Origin: Victivallales bacterium
Lineage (GTDB): Bacteria > Verrucomicrobiota > Lentisphaeria > Victivallales > UBA1829
Assembly (NCBI GenBank): GCA_045114455.1
Contig: JBGUKN010000033.1
Location: forward strand, 10,539 to 74,538
DNA: 64,000 bases
Direction of reading: 5' to 3'
Shown here: positions 21,501 to 30,045 of the stretch, one piece after another
Layout: every line of letters starts with the position of its first letter
Numbering within the stretch: position 1 is the stretch's first letter
Notes under the pieces: generated by a model
What the model saw: the letters and a program-made list of their open reading frames with translations, nothing else
Told to the model about the DNA's origin: nothing
Databases searched by the model: none
Position numbers and translations under genes: made by a program

Positions 21501-22023
21501 GGGTCACGACTTCCTGATCCATCGCGGTCGGATCTCCTAGTCCGCCCACACGGTTCCGAATTGTGAAATTCTCGATCTGAAGCACGAACACGGCATTTCC
21601 CGCGTTGTCGTATCCGACCAGTTCTCCGGTCAGGCCGGAACGCTTTTTTTCATTGCCGATCCATGTTGCGAGTTCCTGCGTGTTCATATTGGAAATCGGG
21701 ATCACGAATTCCGTGAAGTGCAGAGTGCTGCCGTCGAACACACCGTTTGCAGTATGAACCGAGATGCTGTCGGCATCGGCAACCAGTTTGCACGTTGTGT
21801 TTCGGTCAAGGTCATCGTCCATGCGCCATTGCCAATCCACGATGCCGTTGAACGAGTCCATCGGATACGGCGTCGCATCATTCTGGGCGGCGAACAACCT
21901 CATTCGCAAACAGACGGACACTCCGAGCGTCAAAATCGGAGCGGGCCTTTTCCGGGCGTTTGCATAATCCCGCACGCTGCCGAGCGTTTCGTTGGCGACC
22001 GCATAAAAAACAATGTCCTGCAT
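18565..22023 (-). CDS. Tail fibre / receptor-binding adhesin with Pmp-like beta-helix repeats
   Basis: 1152 aa; GGA(V/M), FSGN, FYDN motifs; internal domain repeats; position after tail genes. Confidence 0.7.
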   Translation of the reverse strand: MQDIVFYAVANETLGSVRDYANARKRPAPILTLGVSVCLRMRLFAAQNDATPYPMDSFNGIVDWQWRMDDDLDRNTTCKLVADADSISVHTANGVFDGSTLHFTEFVIPISNMNTQELATWIGNEKKRSGLTGELVGYDNAGNAVFVLQIENFTIRNRVGGLGDPTAMDQEVVTRTQAESLIQAAVSASADTKQDKLNFSNAGTGISISSNGVISTDDVPQSVVTGLSASLAAKQNNISAGDLMEISGTTVNRKRYMNIIADSSIITRTITPEGSQTSVSAYVMEPGNAYKINVTSSAKWLATTAAFKDSTGTWGIEGHIELFVAGTGYVRTDSNVILADALEPDAVNNCTLRFHDGKCIISVEDHVYGYIVVSATGTTAGTLPYALHDVSSEYIAFDASLNGQTLDLGGATTYAGEKHVVGNGYTETVLSGGIVCTSKTTFSNLSMNGVVVSSGTLTLGDVFVQNVAVSGGGLAVEKVTGDGTGVVDLGATTAIMQNGSASGCTFTNGGSSGATSGAFLFTDGMSAQFTSCTFSGNTAATRIGAIGVACDTGKATVFLSGCTFSGNTLNDIAMKRGAKVAIVDCSFLDNIANIYNYSNASATFGGTIVYKGRTDKYSTPSGEWSVSSGAVIDFTGNENATPWNPGCGVTFAPGGANVYPSAGSASAYMLDGMTVPQIGNTNVVNLGGTNVTVSGGGTAYASGCTFTGGSGGIRSSNATVYLSSCTISGMNGAYGGGGAVNSGGTLTLDKCIVTANYGAFGGGVYAGGSSVLNIDNSVISGNSTTDIRLTDATINMSGSTVGYIVTSGGTVVITGENRVDKIMSGGESAVGAVSISSGAVVDLTGNTNTTPINPGGGITFAPGGATVYPSAGQASAYMLDNLTVASLSNTNYLNKLVQPYGGKVSGAIFSGLANSFGGAVQLNNSTFEAEGCSFYDNTCLNNKGGAMYLAGCTASVSNCVFSGNAVANWQDGLAIYMGSNTNGSAHCTIGDCDFQGVPPGGSKGSYFIYINGGGTAVFSGTNINPITKVVDGELTITSGAIVDLTGTSAGTPIIANAENGIINIVGGGDDLPTVIRDSAGHIHTFDYADIQGSTITNLGFVYGAAVTFLDSTADYLVYYTTDDGTTYSSATVNGSTGTYTVTGALVQLNKVG

Positions 22024-22024
22024 A

Positions 22025-23149
22025 TCATTCTCCTTGCTTGAATTTGTAATTTGATTCGTAATCGTAGATGACTTTGATGTTTCGGGCCTGCCAGCCCCGG
22101 ATGTAATCCCCCGGCACAGTATCCGGGCCGCCGATGCCGGACGCCGATCCGTATTCCCATGAAGCGAAGATGCCGTTGGTCAGAGCGAGCGTGTTGCCCC
22201 CGGACGATATGTTCGTACAAAGCGGATCGAAGATGTATGTGTTGAATTCGTCTTCCACCGGATTCCCGTTCTCATCACGTTCCCGGAGATCGACAGCATC
22301 AAAACTGAGCGTTCCGCCGGAAGCCGTCATACACCCATGATAGTCCGGGGTGATTTGCGTGATTTCCCAGGCGGAATGAATCGTCCAGCGTTCGTCGGGG
22401 GCATCCAACCCGGTGTACCAGCATTCCACCCGGCATTCCAGCGGGGTCTCCCACCCGGCAAATCCGGTATCGGAGAGAGTCCAGGACGGAACCGCATCGT
22501 ACGCATCCTGGGGAGATGCGCCAAAACGGTGAAAATCCCCGGGCGATTTGGCATACCGCATCGTGAAGCCGCCGTTGACGACGCGCACATAACGGAGCAG
22601 TTTCAGCATTCTCACCCGCTGTGCGGCCCAGGCGGCACTCAGTTGCACTTGAAGCGTATTGTCGGCATCGATCGTTCCGGAAGCCCCCGAAACAGTGTGC
22701 GGCGCGATCAGGTTTTCCGACAGGGCGGATGCAAGATCTTCGAGCGAACCGTAAACGGAGTTTCCCGTACTGTCCGTGAACTGCCGCGCTCCATACCCCA
22801 TGATTTCGGAATATGACATCAGCGTTTGGAGGAGAAATGCGTCGAACATGTGCATGAACGAAAGGTTTCGGTCGTATCCCCAAATCTCGTCGTAGGCATA
22901 TTCTTTTTTGATCTTCCGGAACGGGACTTTTCGCGGATCGGCGGCATTATACCATTCCCCGTTTAAGATATGTGCCAGACTGTTCCCGATCACAGCTGCA
23001 GAACCGGACGACATACAGCTCGAGTGAAACTCGGAATCCACAGCTTCCCGGCGTTCGCAGAGCGCGGAAACCAGCCCGCGCATCACAGGCAGGGGCGTAC
23101 AGAACGTCGGATCGTTCAGATGATAGTCGTCCCAGCCCATCAGATCCAT
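22025..23149 (-). CDS. Putative tail/baseplate protein
   Basis: 374 aa, coupled to neighbours; function from position only. Confidence 0.5.
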   Translation of the reverse strand: MDLMGWDDYHLNDPTFCTPLPVMRGLVSALCERREAVDSEFHSSCMSSGSAAVIGNSLAHILNGEWYNAADPRKVPFRKIKKEYAYDEIWGYDRNLSFMHMFDAFLLQTLMSYSEIMGYGARQFTDSTGNSVYGSLEDLASALSENLIAPHTVSGASGTIDADNTLQVQLSAAWAAQRVRMLKLLRYVRVVNGGFTMRYAKSPGDFHRFGASPQDAYDAVPSWTLSDTGFAGWETPLECRVECWYTGLDAPDERWTIHSAWEITQITPDYHGCMTASGGTLSFDAVDLRERDENGNPVEDEFNTYIFDPLCTNISSGGNTLALTNGIFASWEYGSASGIGGPDTVPGDYIRGWQARNIKVIYDYESNYKFKQGE

Positions 23150-23712
23150 CTCCCGCAGATTTCAATATCTCCGCTCAGATGCAGCTGCGTCACGGTCCCG
23201 TCCGGGTTTATATGCGCCAGTTTCCTGTACCATCCCTGATCCCCTGTGACCGCTTCGGACAGCGTCGTCGAAAAACCGTATGCCAATGCGGGAGTCACGG
23301 CCGATGCATCGTAATGCACGGTCAGATAAATGTCCTCGGCAGTTCCCGGACTGACCGGAAGCATTCCGGCAGGCATATTGCGGCAGCTGTTTCCGATTCG
23401 GATTTCGCCGGCATACTCTCCCCCGGGGATCGCGGCATTGTAAATCCGTGCGGAAGTCCCGCCGACAAGCTTCACTGCGAACGCCCCGGCATATTCGGAA
23501 GAAACGACCGGCTCGGACGGCGCCGCACCCTCCGTTCCCGGATCAGGACCGTTCCACCGGATCAGCTTGCCGGCTCCCGTATCGACAACATCCAGGAGCG
23601 GGGTGGCGGATGCAAGTTTGTCAAGCTGATCCACAGCTTCGGCCAGCGCATTGAATTTTTCCCGGAGGACCTCGAAAAGGTTTTCGCCGGGTTCCAGTTT
23701 CGGTGTGTTCAT
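23140..23712 (-). CDS. Putative tail protein
   Basis: 190 aa from MNTPKL (ATGA overlap at 23709-23712); position only. Confidence 0.5.
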   Translation of the reverse strand: MNTPKLEPGENLFEVLREKFNALAEAVDQLDKLASATPLLDVVDTGAGKLIRWNGPDPGTEGAAPSEPVVSSEYAGAFAVKLVGGTSARIYNAAIPGGEYAGEIRIGNSCRNMPAGMLPVSPGTAEDIYLTVHYDASAVTPALAYGFSTTLSEAVTGDQGWYRKLAHINPDGTVTQLHLSGDIEICGRWI

Positions 23713-24491
23713 GCGCCGTCCTCCCCGGTCGTTTCGTACAGCGTGCTGTTCCATCCGGCCGGAGCGGGAGACGCCTTGTAAACGACCTTCGCGATGTAGC
23801 GGCGTCCATCCGGATGGATCTGGCCCCCGAGGTTCAGCCAGTTCGTCGCGCCTACGCCGAAATCGCCGAGCGCCGGCTCGCAAATCTTTCCGGCGCATGC
23901 GGCCGCCGCCCAGGACGCGTCCCGCATGGTGCAATGCCGGCTGAACTCCGTGATGGTATAGCTTGGCATCAGCCACGTTTCGCAGTTCATGACCGGCATT
24001 TTCAGCAGATGCCACGACTCTCCGAGCGAGGAGACGGACTGCGGGGATTTCACCCAGCGGTAACTTGCATGTTGAGCCGTCGTCAGAATGGGATCCGTCG
24101 CCGTCGCCCACCATGCCGGAGTCTCATCCGTCCCTTTGGCCGCGAGACAGTAATTCCAGTTCGTACGGTAATCGGGGTGGCGTTCCAACGGTACGGCAAT
24201 GACGGTCACGTCCAGCGTGTGCTCCTTCGGGCCATGTCCTCCGATCAGGAAACGCAAATTGCTCCCCGTGCTCAGATTTTCCCATGCGAGTTCGATTTCG
24301 TAAACGGGACCGCCGATTTGGCGGGTACGCCAGGACACCAGTTCGTATTCGCCCGTCTGGTCCTGGTCGCCGATTGTCAGCTCGGCGCTCCGCTCCTCGA
24401 CTTCATCACGCGTCCCGTAGTAGATTTCGCGGTAGGTGGTCCCGCCGGAATTCGTGCTCCGGACGACGCTTTTATGTTTCAGTTTCAGCAT
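23709..24491 (-). CDS. Putative distal tail/hub protein
   Basis: 260 aa, GGAGAGG RBS, beta-rich; position only. Confidence 0.5.
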   Translation of the reverse strand: MLKLKHKSVVRSTNSGGTTYREIYYGTRDEVEERSAELTIGDQDQTGEYELVSWRTRQIGGPVYEIELAWENLSTGSNLRFLIGGHGPKEHTLDVTVIAVPLERHPDYRTNWNYCLAAKGTDETPAWWATATDPILTTAQHASYRWVKSPQSVSSLGESWHLLKMPVMNCETWLMPSYTITEFSRHCTMRDASWAAAACAGKICEPALGDFGVGATNWLNLGGQIHPDGRRYIAKVVYKASPAPAGWNSTLYETTGEDGA

Positions 24492-24505
24492 ATTCCTCTC
24501 CTGTC

Positions 24506-24652
24506 TCAGTCGATCTTTCCGATTTCCTCGATTTTCTCCGCGATTTCGTCGAGTTCGGCGTTGATCTGCCTCAGTATTTCCATGATGATTTCCGTCTCAG
24601 GATCATACTCGTCCTGTTTCGTCTTTTCCGCAATTCCCGATTCCCCGTTCAT
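24506..24652 (-). CDS. 48-aa acidic coiled-coil peptide at the tape-measure position
   Basis: MNGESG…EILRQINAELDEIAEKIEEIGKID, GGGAGAG RBS. Confidence 0.4.
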   Translation of the reverse strand: MNGESGIAEKTKQDEYDPETEIIMEILRQINAELDEIAEKIEEIGKID

Positions 24653-24707
24653 CTCTCTCTCCCGTTGCTTTTTGTTTTGAACCGTTTCCCGTGCACCGCG
24701 CATGCAG

Positions 24708-25040
24708 TCACAGACTCGACACTTCGGCTTCGTCGCTGTGCTCCGCACGCACGGCAAAGCGTTGGAACTTTCCTTTTTCCGCGGTCAGGGTCGCCGACGT
24801 GATCAGGAAGGTCCTTCCCTGATAAGTCAGCGTTTCACCCGCTTCCGGGATGTTGCCGCCCTCCACAAGCCCGTCGAAATCGATCTCCGTGCGGCGGCTT
24901 GCAGCGGCGAGGCTGCCCTTTGTGCCGTCCTCCCCGTAAACGGATACGGTCCCGGTCAGCGTCGAGCGTACGCGGATATTCCTCATGGCGATGTCGAAGC
25001 CGCCTCCGTCCCAGCCGGAAATCAAACCCAGTGCGCGCAT
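24708..25040 (-). CDS. Putative small tail tube protein
   Basis: 110 aa, beta-rich, PEAGETLT…ITS pattern, 1 bp after gp36. Confidence 0.4.
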   Translation of the reverse strand: MRALGLISGWDGGGFDIAMRNIRVRSTLTGTVSVYGEDGTKGSLAAASRRTEIDFDGLVEGGNIPEAGETLTYQGRTFLITSATLTAEKGKFQRFAVRAEHSDEAEVSSL

Positions 25041-25041
25041 G

Positions 25042-25461
25042 TCAGTATCCCTTCATCGTTTCACGGGAGAAGACCGGCTCGTCGCAGGCGACCGTTGAAA
25101 TACCCTGCCCGCGCGCGGACTCCGCGGCGCCGGGCAGGACCAGTTCGCCGGATGCGGTCTTTTCGAGGGATTCGCGCACATGGACGACGCGCATCTTGAG
25201 TTTGTCGGGCAGAGTGTCGCCCGCGCAACGTACACGGGCGCGCTCTTCGCACAGGGTCAGGTTCCAGTCGCTGAGCAGCGCTCCGGCGCGTTCGGAAACG
25301 ACCGGCGTTTCGTAACGGCATCCGGCTGCCGCGTCGATTTCAGCCGCGGCGGCCTCCAGGTCGGCCTGCGCCGCCGCCGTCCCGGCTTCGTCGTTGCCGT
25401 ATAGTCCCGCGTAATCCTGGCCGAGACGCACTTTCAGTTCATTGATCGTGGCATATGGCAT
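25042..25461 (-). CDS. Mu gp36-like head-tail adaptor (DUF1320)
   Basis: YATINELKVRLG…AAAEID…RYETP…LEKTASGELVL. Confidence 0.85.
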   Translation of the reverse strand: MPYATINELKVRLGQDYAGLYGNDEAGTAAAQADLEAAAAEIDAAAGCRYETPVVSERAGALLSDWNLTLCEERARVRCAGDTLPDKLKMRVVHVRESLEKTASGELVLPGAAESARGQGISTVACDEPVFSRETMKGY

Positions 25462-25670
25462 GAAAAGATCCTTTCATTTCATTGTTGTAGAGAAGCGCCA
25501 AAGGCGGAAACGGCCGGATACGACGAGGAAAGGAGGGCGGACAACCCGTGCGGCGGTGGCTGTCTGCCGCAGCATACGGGCGCCCCGCCTCCGTGCCAAG
25601 GAGATGATTCTCACGGCGGATCATCCGCCCTCCCCGTCCTCTGTCCGTCAGCCGTTTACACCGCAGCCGG

Positions 25671-26573
25671 TCAGGCCGCGGCGGTTCCGCCACGTCCCAG
25701 CAGATGCGGGAAGAGCGCGGCGGCGTTGCCGTAGGCTTCGGCTCCGAAGAGGATCCTGCCGTCCATGAAGACGTTTTCGTCGTTCGGCTGGTTCAGGATC
25801 GTGAGGGTGGCTTCCTTGTTCTTCAGGACCAGGATGGGCTTCAACGCGCCGGTGAAACGCCCCAGGAACCAGTAGTTGGCGTTCGTTCCGGTCAGGCGCG
25901 GGCTGACGACCAGTTTGACCTTGTCCTTATGCGGATTCGCGAATTCCTGGTCGTTGCTGTCGCGGTAGGTGTCGGAGTACAGGATTTCGCGGGCGGTGTC
26001 TTCCAGCGCAGGGCCGACGATCAGGTGCGTCGGACGGGTGTTGACGGGCTGGCCGTTGTGGCCGCGGAACGAGTACATCTGGGTGAAGAACGAGCCGAAG
26101 TTGGCGAACGTCAGGGCATTGGTCGTGACGTTGTTGATCGTGCTCGGGCCGTACTTGCGGCTGCTGTTGTAGAAGCTGGCGCCGTCGATCCAGTTCGGCG
26201 GATTCACCAGGGCTTCGGTGAAGAGGGTGTCCCACAGCTGTTCGCCCGCCTCGCCCATCGCGGCGACAAGCGTGCCGTAGATGCCCCAGTTGTCGGTCTC
26301 CACGTCGCGGACGGGGATCGCCACGGTGTCCTCCCAGGGACGTTCCACGAGGCGGATTTTGTGCGTGGCGAGATTCTTGATCTGGCGCGGGCCGAGCCAT
26401 TCGCGCATTCCTGCGAAGGCGTCGAGGAACGGGATTTCCATGGCGGTGTGCTTCGGATCGCCCTCGATGTCGGCGAGTTCGCGGTAGATCGTCTCCGCGC
26501 CCTCGACCGCCTGTTTGAACTTCAGGTTGAAGCTGGTGCGCATGGCAGACAGCGTTTCATGGTTGAGTTCCAT
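25671..26573 (-). CDS. Mu-like major capsid protein gpT
   Basis: MREWLGPRQIKNL, WEDTVAI..RDVETDNWGIY, PTHLIVGPALEDTA, NPHK…SPRL. Confidence 0.92.
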   Translation of the reverse strand: MELNHETLSAMRTSFNLKFKQAVEGAETIYRELADIEGDPKHTAMEIPFLDAFAGMREWLGPRQIKNLATHKIRLVERPWEDTVAIPVRDVETDNWGIYGTLVAAMGEAGEQLWDTLFTEALVNPPNWIDGASFYNSSRKYGPSTINNVTTNALTFANFGSFFTQMYSFRGHNGQPVNTRPTHLIVGPALEDTAREILYSDTYRDSNDQEFANPHKDKVKLVVSPRLTGTNANYWFLGRFTGALKPILVLKNKEATLTILNQPNDENVFMDGRILFGAEAYGNAAALFPHLLGRGGTAAA

Positions 26574-26630
26574 CTTTATTTTCCTTTTTCATCGTTGAAT
26601 TGTTTGAAATGAACACCCGGAAAACCGGGT

Positions 26631-27041
26631 TCAGCGCGGGCCGTTGCCGATTTCCGCCACCACGCCGTCCGAAAGAACGTCGCGGACAACGCCCGCGACC
26701 ACGGCCGCAGTGCCGCCGGTCATCGTGACCGTCTGGTCATCCTTCACGTAGCAGGTCTTGTTCAGGTCGCTGAGGGTGACCGCGCCGCTGCTGACCGGAC
26801 TGTAGAGGAACATGCCGGAACGGGTCCTGACAGTTTCGCCGCCGGACGCGGTGTTTTCGGCACGGCCGACCACGGTAATGGCCCCGGAGGACGTGGCGGG
26901 GATGGCTTTCCCGCTGGAATTGACGGCGGTAATGCCGCCCGCGTAGACGGTGCTGCCCGCTGCGACGGTGAATTCACGCGTGTAGCGGATGCCGCCGGCC
27001 GCGATTTCACGGGTGTCTCTGGCTTCTGTGAGTGCTGACAT
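26631..27041 (-). CDS. Capsid cement/decoration protein
   Basis: MSALTEARDT, YAGG, VVGRAE, CYVKDDQTV, as in Mu-like phages between protease and capsid. Confidence 0.8.
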   Translation of the reverse strand: MSALTEARDTREIAAGGIRYTREFTVAAGSTVYAGGITAVNSSGKAIPATSSGAITVVGRAENTASGGETVRTRSGMFLYSPVSSGAVTLSDLNKTCYVKDDQTVTMTGGTAAVVAGVVRDVLSDGVVAEIGNGPR

Positions 27042-27087
27042 GGTTGATGTCTCCTTCTTTGTGAGTGTTTTGCGCCGCGTCGCTTCT

Positions 27088-28152
27088 TCAGCTTCGCATG
27101 GCGCGTTGATATTCGTTCTTGTCGAATCCGAATTTCCGGATCATTTCCTCGTCCGCCGGGGTCAGGCTCCGCACGGTCGTATGACGTTTGTCCGGGGAAA
27201 ACGTCATGCGGCCCGGCACCACGGCGGGAGCGTGCTCCAGGTAGGACGCCAGCACGGCGCAGTCCTGGTTTTTCGCCCAGCCTTCCAGCGCGTGCGTCAG
27301 TTTTCCCTCCTGAAGCCCCCGTTCGATCAGTTCGGCTTTGCGTTTTTCCTCGGCGGCACAGGCCAGTGCGTCGAGTTCGTGCCGCAGGGCATCCGCCTGC
27401 CCGGCCTGTTCCTTCACGGCGGCCAAGGCGGCGGGCATGGCTTCATCGGGTTCGCCCTCAGCCATGCCCAATCCTTCGCGCATGGCGGCAATGGCGTCGG
27501 CTTTCGCCTCGATTGCGGCCGCAGTCCGTTCGAAGGCGTTTTCCGCGTCGTTCTCGCCGGACAGCACGATCTCGTTCCAGAGATCGTTCCCGAGCAGACG
27601 CCCGAGTGCGCGTTCGATCGGGTCTTGAAGCCGCTTCAGTTCGATTGCGTTTCGCGCGATGTCCTCCGGGTCGGAGTCCTCGCCGCCCGCGGCCAGAACA
27701 TCTTCGCAGTTCAGCGCGGGCTCGTTCTCCATCGCCACGCTGGTGATGCGGATCGGGCCTTCCTTCAGGCCTCGGATGACCGGCGAACAGTACCGGAAGA
27801 TCTTTTCCTTCAGCAGTTCGTATGCGCCCGGCATCCATTCCGCCCGGATCCGAAGTTCGTTTCCGTCACGGAACAGCGTCCCGAAGCCCATTGCGGCCAC
27901 GCCCGACGGGATCAGCCGCAGCGCCTCGCTTTCCTCCACGCCGTGTTTTTCCGCCAGAATGTGGAGATAGTGATTGGAGTCGATCGGGATCGCCTCGCCC
28001 TTCTTCGCCTGATACGCCGCGATGGCATCCAGGTCTTCCACACTCAGATGCAGTTCATAGTCCTTTCCGTTTTTCACGAGCCTGTTCACGCCCGCATGCA
28101 GCAGAGTCCATTCCTCCGGGACTCCGTTCGCGTCCTGTCTTACCGTTCCCAT
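27088..28152 (-). CDS. Mu-like prohead protease I / scaffold
   Basis: IPIDSNH, AEW, RYCSPV, TSVAMENEPAL, helical scaffold C-terminus. Confidence 0.9.
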   Translation of the reverse strand: MGTVRQDANGVPEEWTLLHAGVNRLVKNGKDYELHLSVEDLDAIAAYQAKKGEAIPIDSNHYLHILAEKHGVEESEALRLIPSGVAAMGFGTLFRDGNELRIRAEWMPGAYELLKEKIFRYCSPVIRGLKEGPIRITSVAMENEPALNCEDVLAAGGEDSDPEDIARNAIELKRLQDPIERALGRLLGNDLWNEIVLSGENDAENAFERTAAAIEAKADAIAAMREGLGMAEGEPDEAMPAALAAVKEQAGQADALRHELDALACAAEEKRKAELIERGLQEGKLTHALEGWAKNQDCAVLASYLEHAPAVVPGRMTFSPDKRHTTVRSLTPADEEMIRKFGFDKNEYQRAMRS

Positions 28153-28237
28153 TTCCTGCTCCTATTTTGGGTTTGTCTGATTCCCGCGCGGGTTCGATCC
28201 GTTCCGCCGGGCATATCGAATTCATTTTTCAGTGTGT

Positions 28238-29632
28238 TTACCAGCCCCAGCCGAAGACTCTTTCCTCGATGCGCCGTTCATGGGGCGACGGCAGCGGGTC
28301 GATCCCGCACGGTGTTTCGTTTCCGCGACCCGCCGCGTGGACTGCCAGCGCAAGCGCCCAGAACCGATCCGAATGTCCGTATTCGTCGCGTTCCGCGTCG
28401 TACCGGACGTTTCCGGCTGCAGTCACGCTCCGCACGATCTTATGAAGGTCGTGCCGCAGCACATCGTCGGCCAGGATCCTGATGCCCCGCGACTCGAACG
28501 CCGCGCGGACCGGCATAGCCAGCGCGGCTTTCACGGGGCCGGTGAACGTCACGCTTTCCACGCGGTACTTTCCGTGCCGTTCCTGCATCTCCTCCGCCAG
28601 CATCATCCCGATCCCGGTCGCATCGATGCAGAGCCGGTCCAGCCGTGCGTCGTCGAGGCGGCGCGCCAGCGCGTCGGCCTGCATGCGGAACGGCATGTCC
28701 TCCATGACTTCATACCCGCTCTGCCACAGGATGTCCCCGATGCGCGTGAGCTCGAAGTATACCGCGACGTCCTTCTTCCGTCCCACGTCGTATCCGGCAT
28801 AGCGGACGGCTTTCGGATGCTCGCACAGGGCTTTTTCCAAGTCCGCGGCATCGTTTTCGCACGCGCCGATCATGCCGTAGTCCAGCAGCGCCGCGCCCGC
28901 CTCCGACGTCTCGATCAGATACTGCGTCCGCCAGGCGTCTTCCGTGCGGCATTTCGCCCGCATCAGCTTCAGCCATTCTTCCCGGCTCAAGGCGCATCCG
29001 GTCATCTCATTGACACGTTCCACGAATCCCTCTTCCACGGCGTCCAGGATGCTCGTCCGATGAACGCTCCACCCCATCGCGTTCGCGCCGTGTTCCGCCT
29101 CATGAAGCATCCGGCAGAACGGCGATTCGCTGCTCCCGTCCACGCTCAGCGCCGACACCATTTCCAGCTGGCCGCCCCAGGTGGTGCATGGCAGCGCCAT
29201 GTCGATCACCCGTCCGCTGTCCTTGTGCAGATCGGCTTCGTCGATCAGGATGTCTCCGCCTTTCCCGGCGAACGCCTCGGGCGTGCTGGACAGGCTGACG
29301 ACCCGGCTTCCGTTCCCGTATTCCGCCGTGTAGGCGCGGATTCCGCGCAAAGGATCGATGACTGCGGCGTCTTCTCCGGCGAGTCCGCGGCATACCGCGT
29401 TGGACGCCGCAGCCCATTTCGCGATGTAATCCGTGATGAATTCGCGGGCGGTGAACTCGTCGCGGCTGGTGACCCACTGCACCGTCCCGGGCCGCCGCAG
29501 ACACTTGTCGTTCACGCGGAAACTCGTGGCATACGTGATGCCGATCCGCCGTGACTTCGCGTACAGCTTCATCCGGGCGTCGTCCAGGATCCACCGCCTT
29601 TGGTACGGCAGAAAATATTCTGACAGCTTCAT
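28238..29632 (-). CDS. Mu gp28-like terminase large subunit
   Basis: FLPYQRRW, KSRRIGIT, ILIDEAD, GYDVGRKKD, GHSDRFWALALA; start MKLSEY with GGAGG RBS. Confidence 0.93.
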   Translation of the reverse strand: MKLSEYFLPYQRRWILDDARMKLYAKSRRIGITYATSFRVNDKCLRRPGTVQWVTSRDEFTAREFITDYIAKWAAASNAVCRGLAGEDAAVIDPLRGIRAYTAEYGNGSRVVSLSSTPEAFAGKGGDILIDEADLHKDSGRVIDMALPCTTWGGQLEMVSALSVDGSSESPFCRMLHEAEHGANAMGWSVHRTSILDAVEEGFVERVNEMTGCALSREEWLKLMRAKCRTEDAWRTQYLIETSEAGAALLDYGMIGACENDAADLEKALCEHPKAVRYAGYDVGRKKDVAVYFELTRIGDILWQSGYEVMEDMPFRMQADALARRLDDARLDRLCIDATGIGMMLAEEMQERHGKYRVESVTFTGPVKAALAMPVRAAFESRGIRILADDVLRHDLHKIVRSVTAAGNVRYDAERDEYGHSDRFWALALAVHAAGRGNETPCGIDPLPSPHERRIEERVFGWGW

Positions 29633-30045
29633 CGTTCCTCCGTCTCCACAGCAAAGCAATCAATCCGGTTCATGTAAAAAAAAAGAATCCGTGCGGACGA
29701 CGCCACAACGTCATCCATCTCCATTTCCCTGCGGCACAACATCTTTCATCCCCCGTCTTTCCGAGGCTTTCTCCGGATCTTCCCTGCTGCGGGAAATCAT
29801 TCTTCCGGCTCCGGCGACGCCGCACGGACTCTTCAACAAAAACGGGATTCTTCGCACTTTCGGACTTTCGAAATCCATAACTGCATATGGTTTCTATCGG
29901 TTGTGTTCGACACGCAATGGTTCGCCGTTCGTTCCCGCCTGTCGGCGCGGACGTTTTTTCCGTCTTGAAAATCATCCGGTTTGGAGCTATATTAATTCTT
30001 CTTATTCGCATTCGCGTTTTACTGTACTACCGAAGATTTCTCCTT

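Larger units (their letters stand above)
17094..29632 (-). mobile_element. Mu-like virion morphogenesis cluster (defective or domesticated prophage), 15 co-oriented ORFs
   Basis: Mu gp28 terminase, protease I, gpT capsid and gp36 recognisable; tight or overlapping genes; no integrase, transposase or repressor in the window. Confidence 0.85.

Noticed and set aside
18565-22023. Diversity-generating retroelement acting on the fibre
   Set aside because: No reverse transcriptase and no adenine-specific TR/VR pair seen; the internal repeats differ at all base types.
25439-25693. 84-aa ORF as Mu gp35
   Set aside because: It overlaps both neighbours out of frame, has no HeH/Rho-N features, and the region is better explained as RNA structure.
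29670-30011. 113-aa ORF upstream of the terminase as a small terminase or activator
   Set aside because: No RBS or recognisable motif, it overlaps the divergent host promoter, and its composition looks non-coding.
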